DNA of 63,785 nt, the filler included, from Collodictyon triciliatum (Eukaryota), in the NCBI GenBank assembly GCA_043381765.1. It is 13 parts of 13 records of this genome, joined end to end, with 100 filler letters (N's around TTAATTAATTAA, not from the genome) between each part and the next. Parts side by side here need not be neighbours in the genome. Positions count along the whole stretch, not along the records: positions 43,783 to 49,174 come from JBHJMP010005241.1; positions 49,275 to 54,669 come from JBHJMP010005242.1; positions 54,770 to 60,160 come from JBHJMP010005243.1; positions 60,261 to 62,094 come from JBHJMP010005253.1; 9 more parts are not named here. One strand, written 5' to 3'. Shown here in pieces: positions 46,801-60,489 of this stretch. The notes under the pieces are model-generated. The model was not told the DNA's origin. It was given only the letters and a program-made list of their open reading frames with translations, and did not search any database. Numbering within the stretch: the first letter of the stretch is position 1; each line of letters begins with the position of its first letter. Made by a program: the position numbers and the translations under genes.

Positions 46801-48890
46801 TCGAAAAGGTTGCCATTGATCTAGCTGAGATTCAAGAAAGGGAACGGCTTTACAGTGTAGCTGTTTACGATGAAATACAAACCACCTCTGATGAATTTTC
46901 AGAAAAAATCGCTCCTACGGCAGCTGTAATCGATATGGTCAAATGTTTGCTCCAGCATCTCTCTGAAGAGGCAAAAAAAGTCTCTGGGGTAAAAGCATCT
47001 GAAGAAAAATTGATGAAGGATATCGGTTGGTGAGTGCTTATGTAGGGAAGAAAATTTTATTTAAATGGAACTGTTACCTTTTTCAGTAACTTTCTTTTCT
47101 TTTCTTTTCTTTTCTTTTCTTTTCTTTTCTTTTCTTTTCTTTTCTTTTCTTTTCTTTTCTTTTCTTTTCTTTTCTTTTCTTTTCTTTTCTTCCGACTTAA
47201 GTTCTTCTCCGTATGCTATGCATATGAAATAGGCATTGGAATATTGACATTTTGCTGATTTAACTCTGCAATGATGCAATAATTTAGGTTTTTGTCAGAA
47301 TTCAAGTCCCGGTACAACCAATCATGGTCGACTTTGAACCATGAGCGGAATCGCGTGCTTGGGAATCTGCAAACCGTGCTATCCTACGTCGGAGGAAAAG
47401 AAGGACGGTTGAAGGAACTCATTGTAGAGAATGAGCAATTAATGGTTCGTCTGGCTTTATTAGAATCTGATAGGTCAAAGACTATGGAGAACTCTTTAAG
47501 AACCGAGCAAGAGTATATTGGAAAATTCAAGATGTTGCAAAATGAGCATGACATACTCAAGAAACAGTATCAAAAAGATATTAGTGATTTAGCAGAACTT
47601 AGGCGTATGCGCAATAGAATGGAGGAAGACGTCAGCGAATTAAGACAGAAAAATATCGACATCGAAAAAAAGTTGGAAACTTTTCAAGGCAAAGAGAATA
47701 CTGAAGAGAAGCTACAATCTGACAATATTCGTCTTCGGACCGAATTATCTCAGTCACAGGATTCGAATGCGATACTTTTGAGAAAACTACATGACTCTAC
47801 AGCAAATATGGAAAAGTTAAAATCGCTTTCAGCAGGTCAGGAGAAGGAATTGGAGAGATTGCGCTCGCATCTTATTGAAGTTCAGGAACAGGTCGCACAG
47901 GATGAACTTTCAAGAGGAGACATCATCCTTTCCCTGAGGCAACAGTAAAATACTTTTTTAAAAAAATCTTTCGAAAAAAAAAAAGGTACTCGTCTGATAT
48001 CTAATCATTTTTGAACTATTAGATTAATGTTTGAACAGGAGAAATTCAAATCAGCGACTGATGACAAAGAATCAAAGATTAACGAACTGCAAGAAAAACT
48101 CAATTCTACAACAGTATTCTTTTAAATAATATTTTTGCAATGCTAAGAAAAAGTCAATTAATACCATGTTTTTTTTTTTAAAAAAAAAAAAAAAGACAAT
48201 TGAAACGTTGGTGGCATTAATTTATGTATTATTTGTGTGGAAATGATAGGAAGAACTTAGGTTAATGTCTGAGGGCTTGGAAACGAATCGTGTCGCTCTT
48301 TGCAACCTAGAAACTGTATTGGAGCAGTTTCAGGAGGGTATGTTTATCTAAAAATATTCTTTTTAGTTTGAAAAAATAATGAATAGCCTGATTTATGTAC
48401 ATGTCGGGAGGGGACTGGTTATTTTGAGGCTTGTCGAGATGATAAAACATTTGAATAGAGAAGGAGTTGCTATTTGTTTGTCAAAATAAAACTAGTGCAT
48501 TTTTTTTATTTCTTTATGGATTAGAGAGTGATATCAAACATCAGCAAGAAATCAAGCCTCTTCGTCAAGAAATTAAAAAATTGGAGGAGCAAAATACAGC
48601 CAACGCTGAGAAAGTACTGCAATTGGAGGTCGGTAGAATATGTTTTCGTTTTGTAATTCCCTATTATGTCAATATAAGGCTAATGCAAAAGCCATACTTG
48701 TTTAGGCTTGGTATGACTGAAGAATTTGGATTATATGAGCTTAATTGTGTTCTTGTTATGTGCTCAATATATTGGTATTTGTATTTTCAAGGCTATTCTG
48801 CAACAATCAGACGATGTTCGAGGCACATTAAAGGCTACAGAATATCAATTACGAGAGAGGACAGAAGAGCTGCGAATATGTAAAATGGAA
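43887..48890 (+). CDS. TRIP11: Long coiled-coil golgin, GMAP-210/TRIP11-like (multi-exon, partial)
   Basis: Extensive heptad exons with ELERLRSHLIE and ALCNLETVLEQFQ motifs; the C-terminal GRAB domain is not on the contig. Confidence 0.65.
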
Positions 48891-49080
48891 AGTGCGTTGT
48901 CGATTATATGCCAACCGGTTTAATTCTAGCATTTGTTCATTTAAATTGTGGCTTAATGATTTATTTGGACATTTCTGTAAAATTAATAAATGGATTATAT
49001 TCAAGAAAAAAGGAAACACTGCATAATATTTGCATTTATGATTAAGAAAAAGAATCTGTAATATGAAACTGAGTTTACTA

Positions 49081-49174
<94 letters not shown>

Positions 49175-49274
49175 NNNNNNNNNNNNNNNNNNNNNNNNNN
49201 NNNNNNNNNNNNNNNNNNTTAATTAATTAANNNNNNNNNNNNNNNNNNNNNNNNNNNNNNNNNNNNNNNNNNNN

Positions 49275-49351
<77 letters not shown>

Positions 49352-49396
49352 ATTGTAGCTGTTGTTGTTGATTTAAATGACATCATTAATGTGTAG

Positions 49397-52300
49397 GGGA
49401 AATCGCGCGGAGTTGGATCCTCAATATTGCCAATATTCGGTAGCCTAAAGATTGCAGAGTATTATTTTGTGATCAAGATAGGCACGCCTGGTATATTCTT
49501 TTTTTAAAAAGTTAATTTAGGCAAACTATTGAATGAATGATATCCTTATGGATTCAAAATCAGAAAATGATGTGGTATATACATTAAAAAAAAAATTTAT
49601 ACAAAACCCACAATTCAATTCATTTAGGGCAAACATTCAACGTACAAGTTGATACCGGAAGCTCATCCACCGCGATTCCGATGGTTTTTTATTTCATTCC
49701 ATCAAAATTATCGTGTGAAAAATATAACAAAGCTAATCATATAATAATAGAAATATAATAGTTTATTAAAAGGAATATTAAACATATTGTTGGTTAATAT
49801 GTATAATTAGACTCAATCATTTTTATAACAGATTGATTGTAAAGAGGGACAAAAATTTAAACCATGCCACGTTATCAATGATCATTATGACCCTGAAAAG
49901 TCTTCGACGTCTCTCATTATGCCCTGTAATAGGTATATCTTAGCTATCATATCAATAAATTACACAACATATCAAAATCATGAAATTGCAAGAAAAGGAA
50001 ATGATGCTGATGAACTCAATACTAATTTTTTGTGACGGTTATGAAGTGAGTGTTCATTTTGCTATTCAAAAACTTGTGGATTTCGCCTTCAATATGGAGA
50101 CGGAGCGAACAGTTACGTATTATAAATATCATGATATGGCATCCAAAAAAAATAACATTTATTATTTATATTCACGTAAAGGCACGATAAAGTAGTCATA
50201 GCTGCTCTTCTTCATTTTTTGGCCTTTTTGTCTTCAACTAAACTTCATTTTTAAAAACAGTTCAAGGAATTGTTGTGGTGGATGAAGTAGTCTTTGGTCC
50301 ATATAAATTCGTTTTGGTGTTTGGTGGCGTCAAAGAGACCAATACAGGATTTGAAAGGGGTCCTGTTGACGGGATAAGCGGATTTGCTTCTATCGCGCTA
50401 TCTCCCTCAGAAATGGACTCCTTCTTTGATGCGCTAATAGTACATTTTTTATTTTATCTTGAGAGTATTTAATTCAATAATTCGATACAATATATATATA
50501 ACCTTTGAATCGAATAAGGGAAAAGAATATATAACTTAAGTGCACTATTCTAATAATCCAAAAATTAAAAAATATTAGCAAAGCAACCATATGGATGAAG
50601 TATTTTCTATATGTCTTGGATGGGAGGGGGGATATATGGTGTTTGGTGGATATGACCAAAATGTAATACATTTGTCACTTTCATTAGAAAGTTTAAAAAT
50701 CAGTCTTTCAATAATCTATGGACCAAATTTAAAAGTGCAAAAATACTTAGTTGAATGATGGAAACATAAATTATGTCCCCATGGTATACAGCAACTTCTA
50801 CTCTATAAAAATACAAGGGATATACGTAATTTTATATCAAAATCTTTCATACTAATAAAATATACAATAAATTTACTTCTTATCATTTGTGTAAAGGCAT
50901 ATTTTTATTTAAAAAAAACTTTTTAATAATTTTATAATTTATAGACAGAGTACGGTACACTTTCTCTGTCCTCTCAGGACTTCAATTTTTATTTTGATTA
51001 TCCTGTAATTGACAGCGGGACTACATTGTAATATACTGATACAAGTTTAATATATTGTATGCAATTTATTTGTTCTTTTTCACAAATTCACCTCTTTTGG
51101 TCCACACTAGAATAATATTTCCCACCAAAGTTTACAACGAAATCAAGGCTCATCTTCAAACATATAAATGTCACATCGTTGGAATATGTCCAGAGTAATT
51201 AATACATAATCAGCCAAAATAGCTACGAGAGTAATATAAAGACTAAAATTACAAAAATGATTGATTAAAAATGAATGATGACCCTCCTTCGAATATAATG
51301 AGCCTCTTATGTTGTGATAATTACAAAATAAACATCTAGCGACGAAGGGAAATCTCTTTTCGATGGGTATTATTACCGTATCCCCTCGAGCCAAATGAAC
51401 CAGCTTCCTACACTTACCTTCAGACTAGAAAATCAAGTTGAGATCAAACTTGAACCCGAACATTACATGACCGATATGGATGTACACATCTTTTACATAT
51501 AATAATTTACCATTTCCTTTTAAAGTTTTCTCTAATAAACCCACACAATTTTCTCGACCTTATTTTTACAGTGAATAAATAAGAATTCATTTAAAAAAAG
51601 TACTCGATTTTAAAATTTAAAACATCAGGGGTATACTGGTCTTGGGTTCTCTATGGGAAATAGTGCACCGACAATATTAGGTTATTTTACATAAGATAGT
51701 TGAGTCCCTATCAAATATAAATGTTGAGACTTCTCTATTTGCTTTAAAAATATACATATTCCCCTTTTTTTCTTTCTTTCTCAGATGTGAAATAATAACA
51801 AAGCATCACTTATTCTGCCCATGCGGTTAACAGGTGATACTTTCATGAGGGCATTCAATATCATATTTGACATCGGAAACCAGCGTATTGGATTTGCGAA
51901 GCCGAAAAACTGTTTTGGTAATGACACATCTAAAAAGAAATACAGGAATTTTGATTTTGACGAGTATACATTCTTTCATTTCATTTATTTGTTAAAAGGA
52001 TGGTAGGTTTTATTTAAATTAAATATCTGGCATTTTCTTGTATTACAAGGGGTGCCGTATGTGATTTCATATTTTTCTGGAGATCTGCAAAAAGGAGGTG
52101 TCTCTACTCGACTTCAAAAACCTTTGCAAGTTAAGGGTATGCTATACCAAGATACAAAGATACCAGTCAAATATTTTGGTATACCATGCGCCTGATACAC
52201 CACTCTCTATTCTTTTTCTTTTTCTTTTTCTTTTTCTTTTTCTTTTTCTTTTTCTTTTTCTTTTTCTTTTTCTTTTCTTTTCTTTTCTTTTCTTTTCTTT

Positions 52301-53400
52301 TCTTTTCTTTTCTTTTCTTTTCTTTTCTCAAAGTTGTGGATGCAATTACGAAAAGAGCAGTGGTTGGAATTCCTGTTCGATTTGAAATCGATTTTCCGCT
52401 TAATTCTGGTCACTTCCTAGAACAAACTGTATACACAGATGAGTTGGGGTAAACATATCTTACATATTTCCTGGGTCTCTTTTTGTCATTCGCCATGTCT
52501 TTATCCTTTAAAAGGTATGTCTTTGGATGTACTGCATGTAAATGTGTTTGTAATGCATTTCAACCGTGGATATCACTATCAATTTAGTATTGCGTCGTCA
52601 CTTCTTTATTTCGGACGCACAGCTGGACACTACTATATTTCAGGTACTGATAAGTCATGCTTTTGAACAATATTGCTCACGATTCAATCTTATGATGCCA
52701 AATTGTGCCTTTGAATGACCACCTTTGTTTCTGTCTCTATTTTTTTTTATTTTAACTTATCTGTGTACCACAAAGCATCGGTCAGCAACGCCGCACATTC
52801 TCCGATAACATTTATTCTAGAGGCTGATTTGACTATCCGTGAGGGTAATTATTTTTTAAAAAAAAATAACATATTGATATATATATGATTTGAAAGTGAT
52901 TCACGAATGTCGCAATTTATGGATTAAAACGTGAAATTCACTGAACCCCTCTTAATCACACTTTTTGTGTACTCCAATAGAGTTCCGTTTGGTAGCAGGA
53001 TTTCTCCTGTTTGTTGGTAGGTTAAGATGAGATGGTCGAAACGGCGGTGTATTATTGCAAATAAAAAACTATTATGATTTAATGTAAATGAATCCCACTT
53101 TATCAATAGTTGCTGTCATGTCCATATACCCAGTATACGCCAGGTGGATTCGTAAGAAGCGGTATGAGTCAGACCGAGTAAGTTTCCATTCTTTTCTTTT
53201 TAAGTTGATTAAGAGACAAAAAAAAAAAAAAAAAAAAAGACAAAACAACCGGGTCAGCCGAGGTTGATGAGAACATGATTAGCTCGATATAGTTTCGTGC
53301 CACTTGTGCTGATGTATTGGTTAATCTGCTGTGCAATCCAATATAGACACGTTCGACGCTCATGACACGACATGAATACAATAGAGTCGAAGAGGTGCTA
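49397..53400 (+). CDS. Pepsin-family (A1) aspartic protease with C-terminal bacterial Ig-like domain and transmembrane helix (multi-exon, partial; 3' end approximate)
   Basis: YYFVIKIGTP|GQTFNVQVDTGSS, VIDSGTT and IL|GDTFMRAFNIIFDIGNQRIGFA, followed by Big_1-like exons and FRLVAGFLLFV|VAVMSIYPVYARWIRKKR. Confidence 0.85.
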
Positions 53401-53808
53401 TCTTTGCTCTAAACTGGCGGATGGAAGACAAGTAACCCCGCTACTTGGAATCCCATATATTGATTTCTGGTGTTGTTGTTATTTTGGAGTATCTACAAAA
53501 ATAAATTCGCAATATGTATGGCTTAGCACTAGTCGAGATGTATGATTTGATTCGTTTGTTGGGATGCATCCTTGCTGTTATCAGAGTCTTACGGAAGAGT
53601 GAAAACAATTAAGTTTAGTACATTGTAATTTGTGTTTCTTTTCATTACTATTATTATAATTATTATTGTGAGGAGAAGGAAGAAAAAAAAAAAGAAGCAC
53701 ACAACTGCATTTCGAGTAAGGCTATAGATTGATAGTGTTTCTGGAATCGAAGGGTTTCGGTCTTATTTATTGTCGCAACAAAGCGCTTGTGATGTTCCAC
53801 ACTTGTTG

Positions 53809-54530
53809 TTACCATATGTCTGTGAATGGAAAGTACCATAGATTGACTGTGCGAAGAATCGGATCAACTATGACATAACAAAAGTTCTGTTGAGCACTTT
53901 TTCCAAAGAGCATGCCATTAGAAAATCCGATGATCTTATAGGCATAGGAGACAATCTCAATTTTTCCAGTTCCTGAGTTCTTTTGCACGCTGTGGAGTTC
54001 ACAATGATGCAAGGTTTCGTTAGATTGGTTACTTAAATTTTGTTCAATTATCAATTTGAGACTTTTTTTAGCGGTATTCATCAACACATTTATAGTAAAA
54101 AGTGGCAAAGGAGTGAATAGTGGGGTGGTTAATCAGGAATCAACCTAGCCAGATCCTTGTAGAGTTTTCTTGATGTATCCAGGTATGGTTGGATGACGTC
54201 TTCGTACTGTGACAAATTCCCTCCCAATACCAGTGACTTCATGATATGGAATATTAATTCGTCTTTCTCTTCATCAGAGAAGAGAGGGTAAAATTCGCTT
54301 TCATCAGTCACTAACATTTCCTATTGGTCGTAGAGGGAGTTGATAAAAGTGTTATTATTTTTTGAATGTCTGCGCACATAGTAATGCCTAGAGCCTCCGA
54401 CAAGAAAAGCACAAAGTCACAGCATTGTAATTTAAACCACTCCAACAGACCTGAAGTCTGTTGCAACACATATAGCCATTGATAGGTGTGTCGACCATTC
54501 GTACAATGTGCCCGGACGGCCTTATGAGGT
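53809..54530 (-). CDS. CFAP300: Cilia- and flagella-associated protein 300 (C11orf70), 5'-partial
   Basis: EMLVTDESEFYPLFSDEEKDELIFHIMKSLVLGGNLSQYEDVIQPYL...LYKDL and QNFCYVIVDPILRTVNLWY. Confidence 0.9.
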
Positions 54531-54769
54531 CTATAATGAATAAGATACAAAAAAAAAACATTATAATATTATTTGATATGATATGATATGATATGATATG
54601 ATATGATATGATATGATATGATATGATATGATATGATATGATATGATATGATATGATATGATATGATATNNNNNNNNNNNNNNNNNNNNNNNNNNNNNNN
54701 NNNNNNNNNNNNNTTAATTAATTAANNNNNNNNNNNNNNNNNNNNNNNNNNNNNNNNNNNNNNNNNNNN

Positions 54770-55905
54770 TCAATCCCAATCTCAGTCTCAGTCTCAGTCT
54801 CAGTCTCAGTCTCAGTCTCAGTCTCAATCTCAGTCTCAGTCTCAATCTCAATCCCAATCCCAATCCCAATCCCAATCCCAATCCCAATCCCAATCTCAGT
54901 CTCAGTCTCAGTCCCAATCCCAATCCCAATCCCAGTCCCGATCTCAGTCTCAATCTCACTCTCACTCTCAGTCTCAGTCTCAGTCTCAGTCTCAGTCTCA
55001 GTCTCACTCTCAGTCTCAATCTCAGTCTCAATCTCAATCCCAATCCCAGTCTCAGTCTCACTCTCAGTCTCAATCTCAGTCTCAATCTCCATCTCAGTCT
55101 CAATCCCAATCGCAATCACAGTCTCAATCCCAGTCTCAATCCCAGTCTCAGTCTCAGTCTCAATCCCAATCTCAATCTCAATCTCAGTCTCAGTCTCAGT
55201 CTCAATCTCAGTCTCAGTCTCAATCTCAGTCTCAATCCCAATCTCAGTCTCAGTCTCAGTCTCAGTCTCAATCTCAGTCTCAGTCTCAATCTCAGTCTCA
55301 ATCCCAATCCCAGTCTCAATCTCAATCCCAGTCTCAGTCTCAATCCCAATCTCAGTCTCAGTCTCAGTCTCAATCTCAGTCTCAGTCTCAATCTCAGTCT
55401 CAGTCTCAGTCTCAGTCTCTGTCTCTGTCTCTGTCTCTGTCTCTGTCTCTGTCTCTGTCTCTGTCTCAGACTCAGTCTCAGTCTCAGTCTCAGTCTCAAT
55501 CCCAATCCCAATCCCAATCTCTGTCTCAGTCTCAATCTCAATCTCAATCCCAATCCAAATCTCAATCTCAGTCTCAATCTCAATCTCTGTCTCAGACTCA
55601 GTCTCAGTCTCAGTCTCAGTCTCAATCTCAATCTCAATCTCAGTCTCAGTCTCAATCCCAATCCAAACCCATATCCCAATCTCAGTCTCAGTCTCAGTCT
55701 CAGTCTCTATCTCAGTCTCAATCTCAGTCTCAATCCCAATCTCAGTCTCAGTCTCAGTCTCAGTCTCAGTCTCAGTCTCAGTCTCAGTCTCAGTCTCAGT
55801 CTCAATCTCAATCTCAATCGCAGTCTCAATCCCAATCCCAATCTCAATCCCAATCCCAATCTCAATCCCAATCCCAATCTCAATCTCAATCCCAATCCCA
55901 ATCTC
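54770..55905 (+). repeat. Coding hexamer repeat encoding about 380 residues of (Ser-Gln)n
   Basis: TCT/TCC/TCG/TCA alternate with CAG/CAA in constant phase; a second tract lies at ~60048-60160. Confidence 0.9.
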
Positions 55906-58900
55906 ATTCACATTCACCGTTGTCGCCCATGTGCCTTAACGGTGAGATTAAGAACCAATGTGGTTCATGCGGTCCAGTTGAACCGGATGTTGACGTATCT
56001 CTCCAGTTCTCTCCTATCACAGCCGCATTCACTCATCCAGTCGCCCAAAAGTTATCAAAATGGACATCTCTGCGAAATGTGACCGGAATCACAGATTCCG
56101 CAACTATAGACCTGCAGGCTTCAATATCTGATATTTCTTCTGCTGCAACCCAACTGACACCTTCTAAAGCTGCACCCGTCGCTCCAACTGGGATTACATT
56201 AACTACAAAAATATTTAGCTCTTCACCGACACTGACCCTTCGTGTCTGGCTCACTGGACAAAACGGCGAGACTAACAACATGGGCGGCACCATTACCATC
56301 GGAACAGTTGAGATACCGTCCTTGATGTCTTCATGCATATACGATGGGTTGAACCCATGTTTGGCTTCTCTGACAGTTCCAGTGTCGGCCTTCACATCTA
56401 CCGATACCACTATCACCCCTGTAGCATCATTTGCCACAAAGATTGTCACATTGACATCAGCTACGCTCGTCGCCTTACCCAACTATGGCCCCAATCCATC
56501 TGCAGGAATGAAATTGCAACTGCCACAGAAACCCAACCTACCTTCATCCATATTCACATCAACATTGACAGCGTACACAAACGGAAGAGTGCTTGAAGGT
56601 CTCAATGTTGTCATCAATATACCATCCTCTGTGGCGTCCATTGTGAGCATCAGCGGAGATAATAAGTTTTCGGGTGCAACAAACATCCAACACAATAGTG
56701 CATCGATTGTGTGGACACGACAAAGTGGCGCCAGCGACTCATCTGCCACAGGAGCGGTCAACGTCGCAACAATCACATGGAAGATGAACGATTCACCCAC
56801 ACAGATTAGTGGCGAAGTCAGCTTCGTAATCAAACAGATGACAGACGTCCAGAACATACCGATAGTCAGCGAGTCAACAAACGGTGTTGTGTTTGATATC
56901 ACGCAGTCAAGCGAGAAAGGGTTTATTGTTGTTTCTCAAGACTCCATACGAGGTCACTTCATCACTTCTCTTCAGCAGCAAATCGTCAACACAGCCGTAA
57001 TCAACAAACGCAGTGTGACTGTACCACTGAAAGTATTAGAGTTCTACGAGTTTCAAACACCAAAAGACATTACCTCACAAGCATCATGCACCAGCTCCGA
57101 CCCACAAGTCGCACCCGTACAAGGCTGTACTATTGCCATGACAGGGAGTGAGACATCCGGCTCAAGCTTTGTGTCGCTCTCACACAGCGCTGCAACCACT
57201 GGTGTCCGTGTGTGGTATCCAGCAGCTCCTGTCAGTATAATCGCCCAGGACACGATAATCAACCGAATCTCCAACTTCAAGACCGTTGATTGCACTGGCT
57301 ACAGATACCAAAGCTGCAAAATCACTGCGTCTGTGTCATTTGTGAGCGGAAGCGACAGCTTCTTTGCCGATGTATCCGACTTGATTACGCTAGAGGTATC
57401 TGACAGCCGTATTATTAGCGTGAAAGATAACACAGTTATTGTCGGTATTGCAGCAGGAGTCGCTACAGTCAATGTCGCCGGTTTCCAATCAAATACAATA
57501 TCATTGAGCGTGACCGACATCGAAGTCTCCGTGACGAAGCTGATGCCAATCGTGTTCACCGATGTATCGATAATTTCAGTGATGCCAAGTAGTGCATTGA
57601 CACCCACATCCATCAGCAGCGTGAAAGCATCTGTGTCTCAAAATCTAGACTTTGAAGGCAAGATAGGATATGTTGTGGTCTATGCCTACTTTTCTGATGA
57701 CACACGAATGGAGGTACAGGAGTCAGACGGACTCGCCATAACATCAACCAATCCTTCCATTTCAGTCATGAGCTCGCCTCCAAGAGTGATATCAGTCTCA
57801 AATGGATGTGGATACTATGTCAATGTACAGTGGAGCTCCTGTGGCAAGAGCCTGGGTGACGGACTCGGACTCGTCAACTTGAATCTACCCAAGATTACTC
57901 AAATAGCAGTGACTATCACAGATACAAAAATCACGAGTGACAATGACCTATCAACAAGTGTTGGCATACCCACGAAGAGCATCCTGGAGGTCATGTGCAC
58001 GTTCGAGAATGGAAAGGAAAAGGACTACACACTTGACTCCAGGACAAACTATGACGACATCACAGCCGATACAAGCAATATAATCCAAATTGAGACGACA
58101 ACAGTGTCATCCAGTGTCACAGAGGTCTATGTGGTTGCAACAGGCAATGGCTTCGGAACTGCGACGATAGTAGTGACAGTCAACAGCGCACCCAATTTAC
58201 AGGGAAGCGTGGACATCAATGTGATTGGATTTGCGTCGCTGCGTGTCTCGTCCAGTCCATATCCAACATACACAGGCTCCAGCACAGTGTCACTGACTAA
58301 GCTGACTCGCTATGCATGCACACAGGTCTATCAAAGAGCGACGCTGGCATTGTCCATGAGACTAACTGACAACTCCGTTCATGACATCACGTCAAAACCA
58401 CTGACTGTATTTTCTGTACCTACAAGTCAGCAAAATATTTTGGCAATCACAGACAAAACAGTTCTTGAACCAACTGGCACAAACTTCGGAAATGCTACAA
58501 TCACAGCCTCATACGGCGATGCATCAGCTACAATAGACATCGTGGTTGCGGACGAAACAGTGAGCGCAACATCGCTAGCAACCGTATTTCCGTCAACATA
58601 CACTAGTTTCATCGGAATATCATCACAAAGCATCAAAGCGACTGCCGTATTCCAAGATGGAACAAAACATCCAACGGCTCACTCCATCACTGGGCTACTA
58701 TCTTACACCAGCGATGACCCGACCTCGATAGCTATCGATAACATAGGAACAGCCACTGTTAAAGCAAACTCGCTCAGTATTGTAAAGCTTACATCGTCCA
58801 CATGCTATGGAGTCGTAGGAACGTCGAGCACCTATGCCAATCTTAGCCCGGATGTCGGCGATGTCGATATTGGAAGCACAAGCGGCCTTGCACTGAGCAA

Positions 58901-60160
58901 CATCGCAGTTGGGTCCAGCCTGACAGTTCCTGTCCGTGTCAACACGGGAACAAAGCCACTTGGAAGTATCGATGTCAATCTTATATACCACGCAGACATA
59001 TTCGATATAATATCCTACTCTACTGGAAGTAGCTGGCCAGGTGGACAGTTAGAGATTACGCTGAACGACCCACCGGGAGTCATTCGCATTGTGGGAGCGA
59101 CAAGTGCAACCAGCAACTCAAAGGGAACTTTGGAGGTTGTCAAGCTAGTCATCAGAAGCAAACAGAATGGACTATCATACTTTTCCGGCTTCATCACCAA
59201 GATGCTAGCTAACGACGCAACGTCTTCACCAATCGGAAGCGCACTTGGGCAAGGTCAGACAAGAGCAATAGTAGCTGGTCATGCTCCAGTAAAGAGCGGA
59301 ACGGGAATCAATTCGAGAGCCTCTTGGAGGAACGGAATGAATTTGGATGCGAGACATCAAAATACTGCAACAATACAACATGGTGGCAGTAAATCACAGA
59401 CATGCAATCCAGCTAGTATTCTTGGAAATACGGATGGAGACTGCGAATTCTCAGTCGGCGATGTCCAGTTTACATTGAGATATCTGGCCGGACTAATCAC
59501 CACATCATTACAGCCCCACCAACTTCAATACTTGGATGCAGACAGAAATGGAAACATTCAAGTACAAGACGCTATATACTTGATTCGAGTGCTGTCAAAC
59601 AAATGGCGATTCTTCAATATCCGCACTATTGAGCCGACCAGCTCCAGTTCCTATCTCCAAGTTTCTATAGACTCACAGACAGCTGATATGGCGTACTCGT
59701 CGGTCAAGACGTCATATGACATAATTTTCTTGACTAAATTCAACACAGATATGACCATTACATTTGGGACAAACAAGCAAGCGTTAACTGAAGGATTTCA
59801 AGTATCAAGCGAAGAATTAAACAATGGAACATTCACCGTCATTGGAGAAACATACAATTATGAAAAAATTGGCATTACAATCCATCTGAAAACCTATGAT
59901 AGTCTTGGACAAACATCCAATGACCGAGACGTATCATTTTATCAAGGAGTGGGAGGCACGTATGTGAGTTTTACAACAATAGACGCAAGGTTTGACGCAA
60001 CTAAATCGCAATCGCCATCACATTCAATGTCTAAGTCTATGTTTCAGTCTCAATCTCAATCCCAATCCCAATCCCAATCCCAATCCCAATCCCAATCCCA
60101 ATCCCAATCCCAATCCCAATCCCAATCCCAATCCCAATCCCAATCCCAATCTCAATCCCA
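54771..60160 (+). CDS. Giant extracellular protein: (SQ)n - TMEM132-like (cohesin/Ig) - Ig repeats - cohesin - dockerin - (SQ)n; open at both ends
   Basis: One stop-free, intronless frame covers the whole contig. TMEM132-like motifs IVNTAVIN..VTVPLKV, CTSSDPQV, VRVWYP and C.GYRYQ; cohesin at ~58905-59280; dockerin twin calcium loops NTDGDCEFSVGD and DADRNGNIQVQD. Confidence 0.8.
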
Positions 60161-60386
60161 NNNNNNNNNNNNNNNNNNNNNNNNNNNNNNNNNNNNNNNN
60201 NNNNTTAATTAATTAANNNNNNNNNNNNNNNNNNNNNNNNNNNNNNNNNNNNNNNNNNNNATAATACAAATCGAATTTTTCACTAACAAATTATGCCTCT
60301 TTTCTTTAGGAGGAATGCATCAAAGGTTTATATTCATGTTAAATCATATTTATCAAATATAAATAATAATAATAATAATAATAATG

Positions 60387-60473
<87 letters not shown>

Positions 60474-60489
60474 GTAATAATAATAACAG

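Noticed and set aside
54714-55917. Minus-strand ORFs encoding poly-(ET/IG) or poly-(RL/GL)
   Set aside because: These are antisense shadows of the (SQ)n coding repeat, which is in frame with the large plus-strand ORF.
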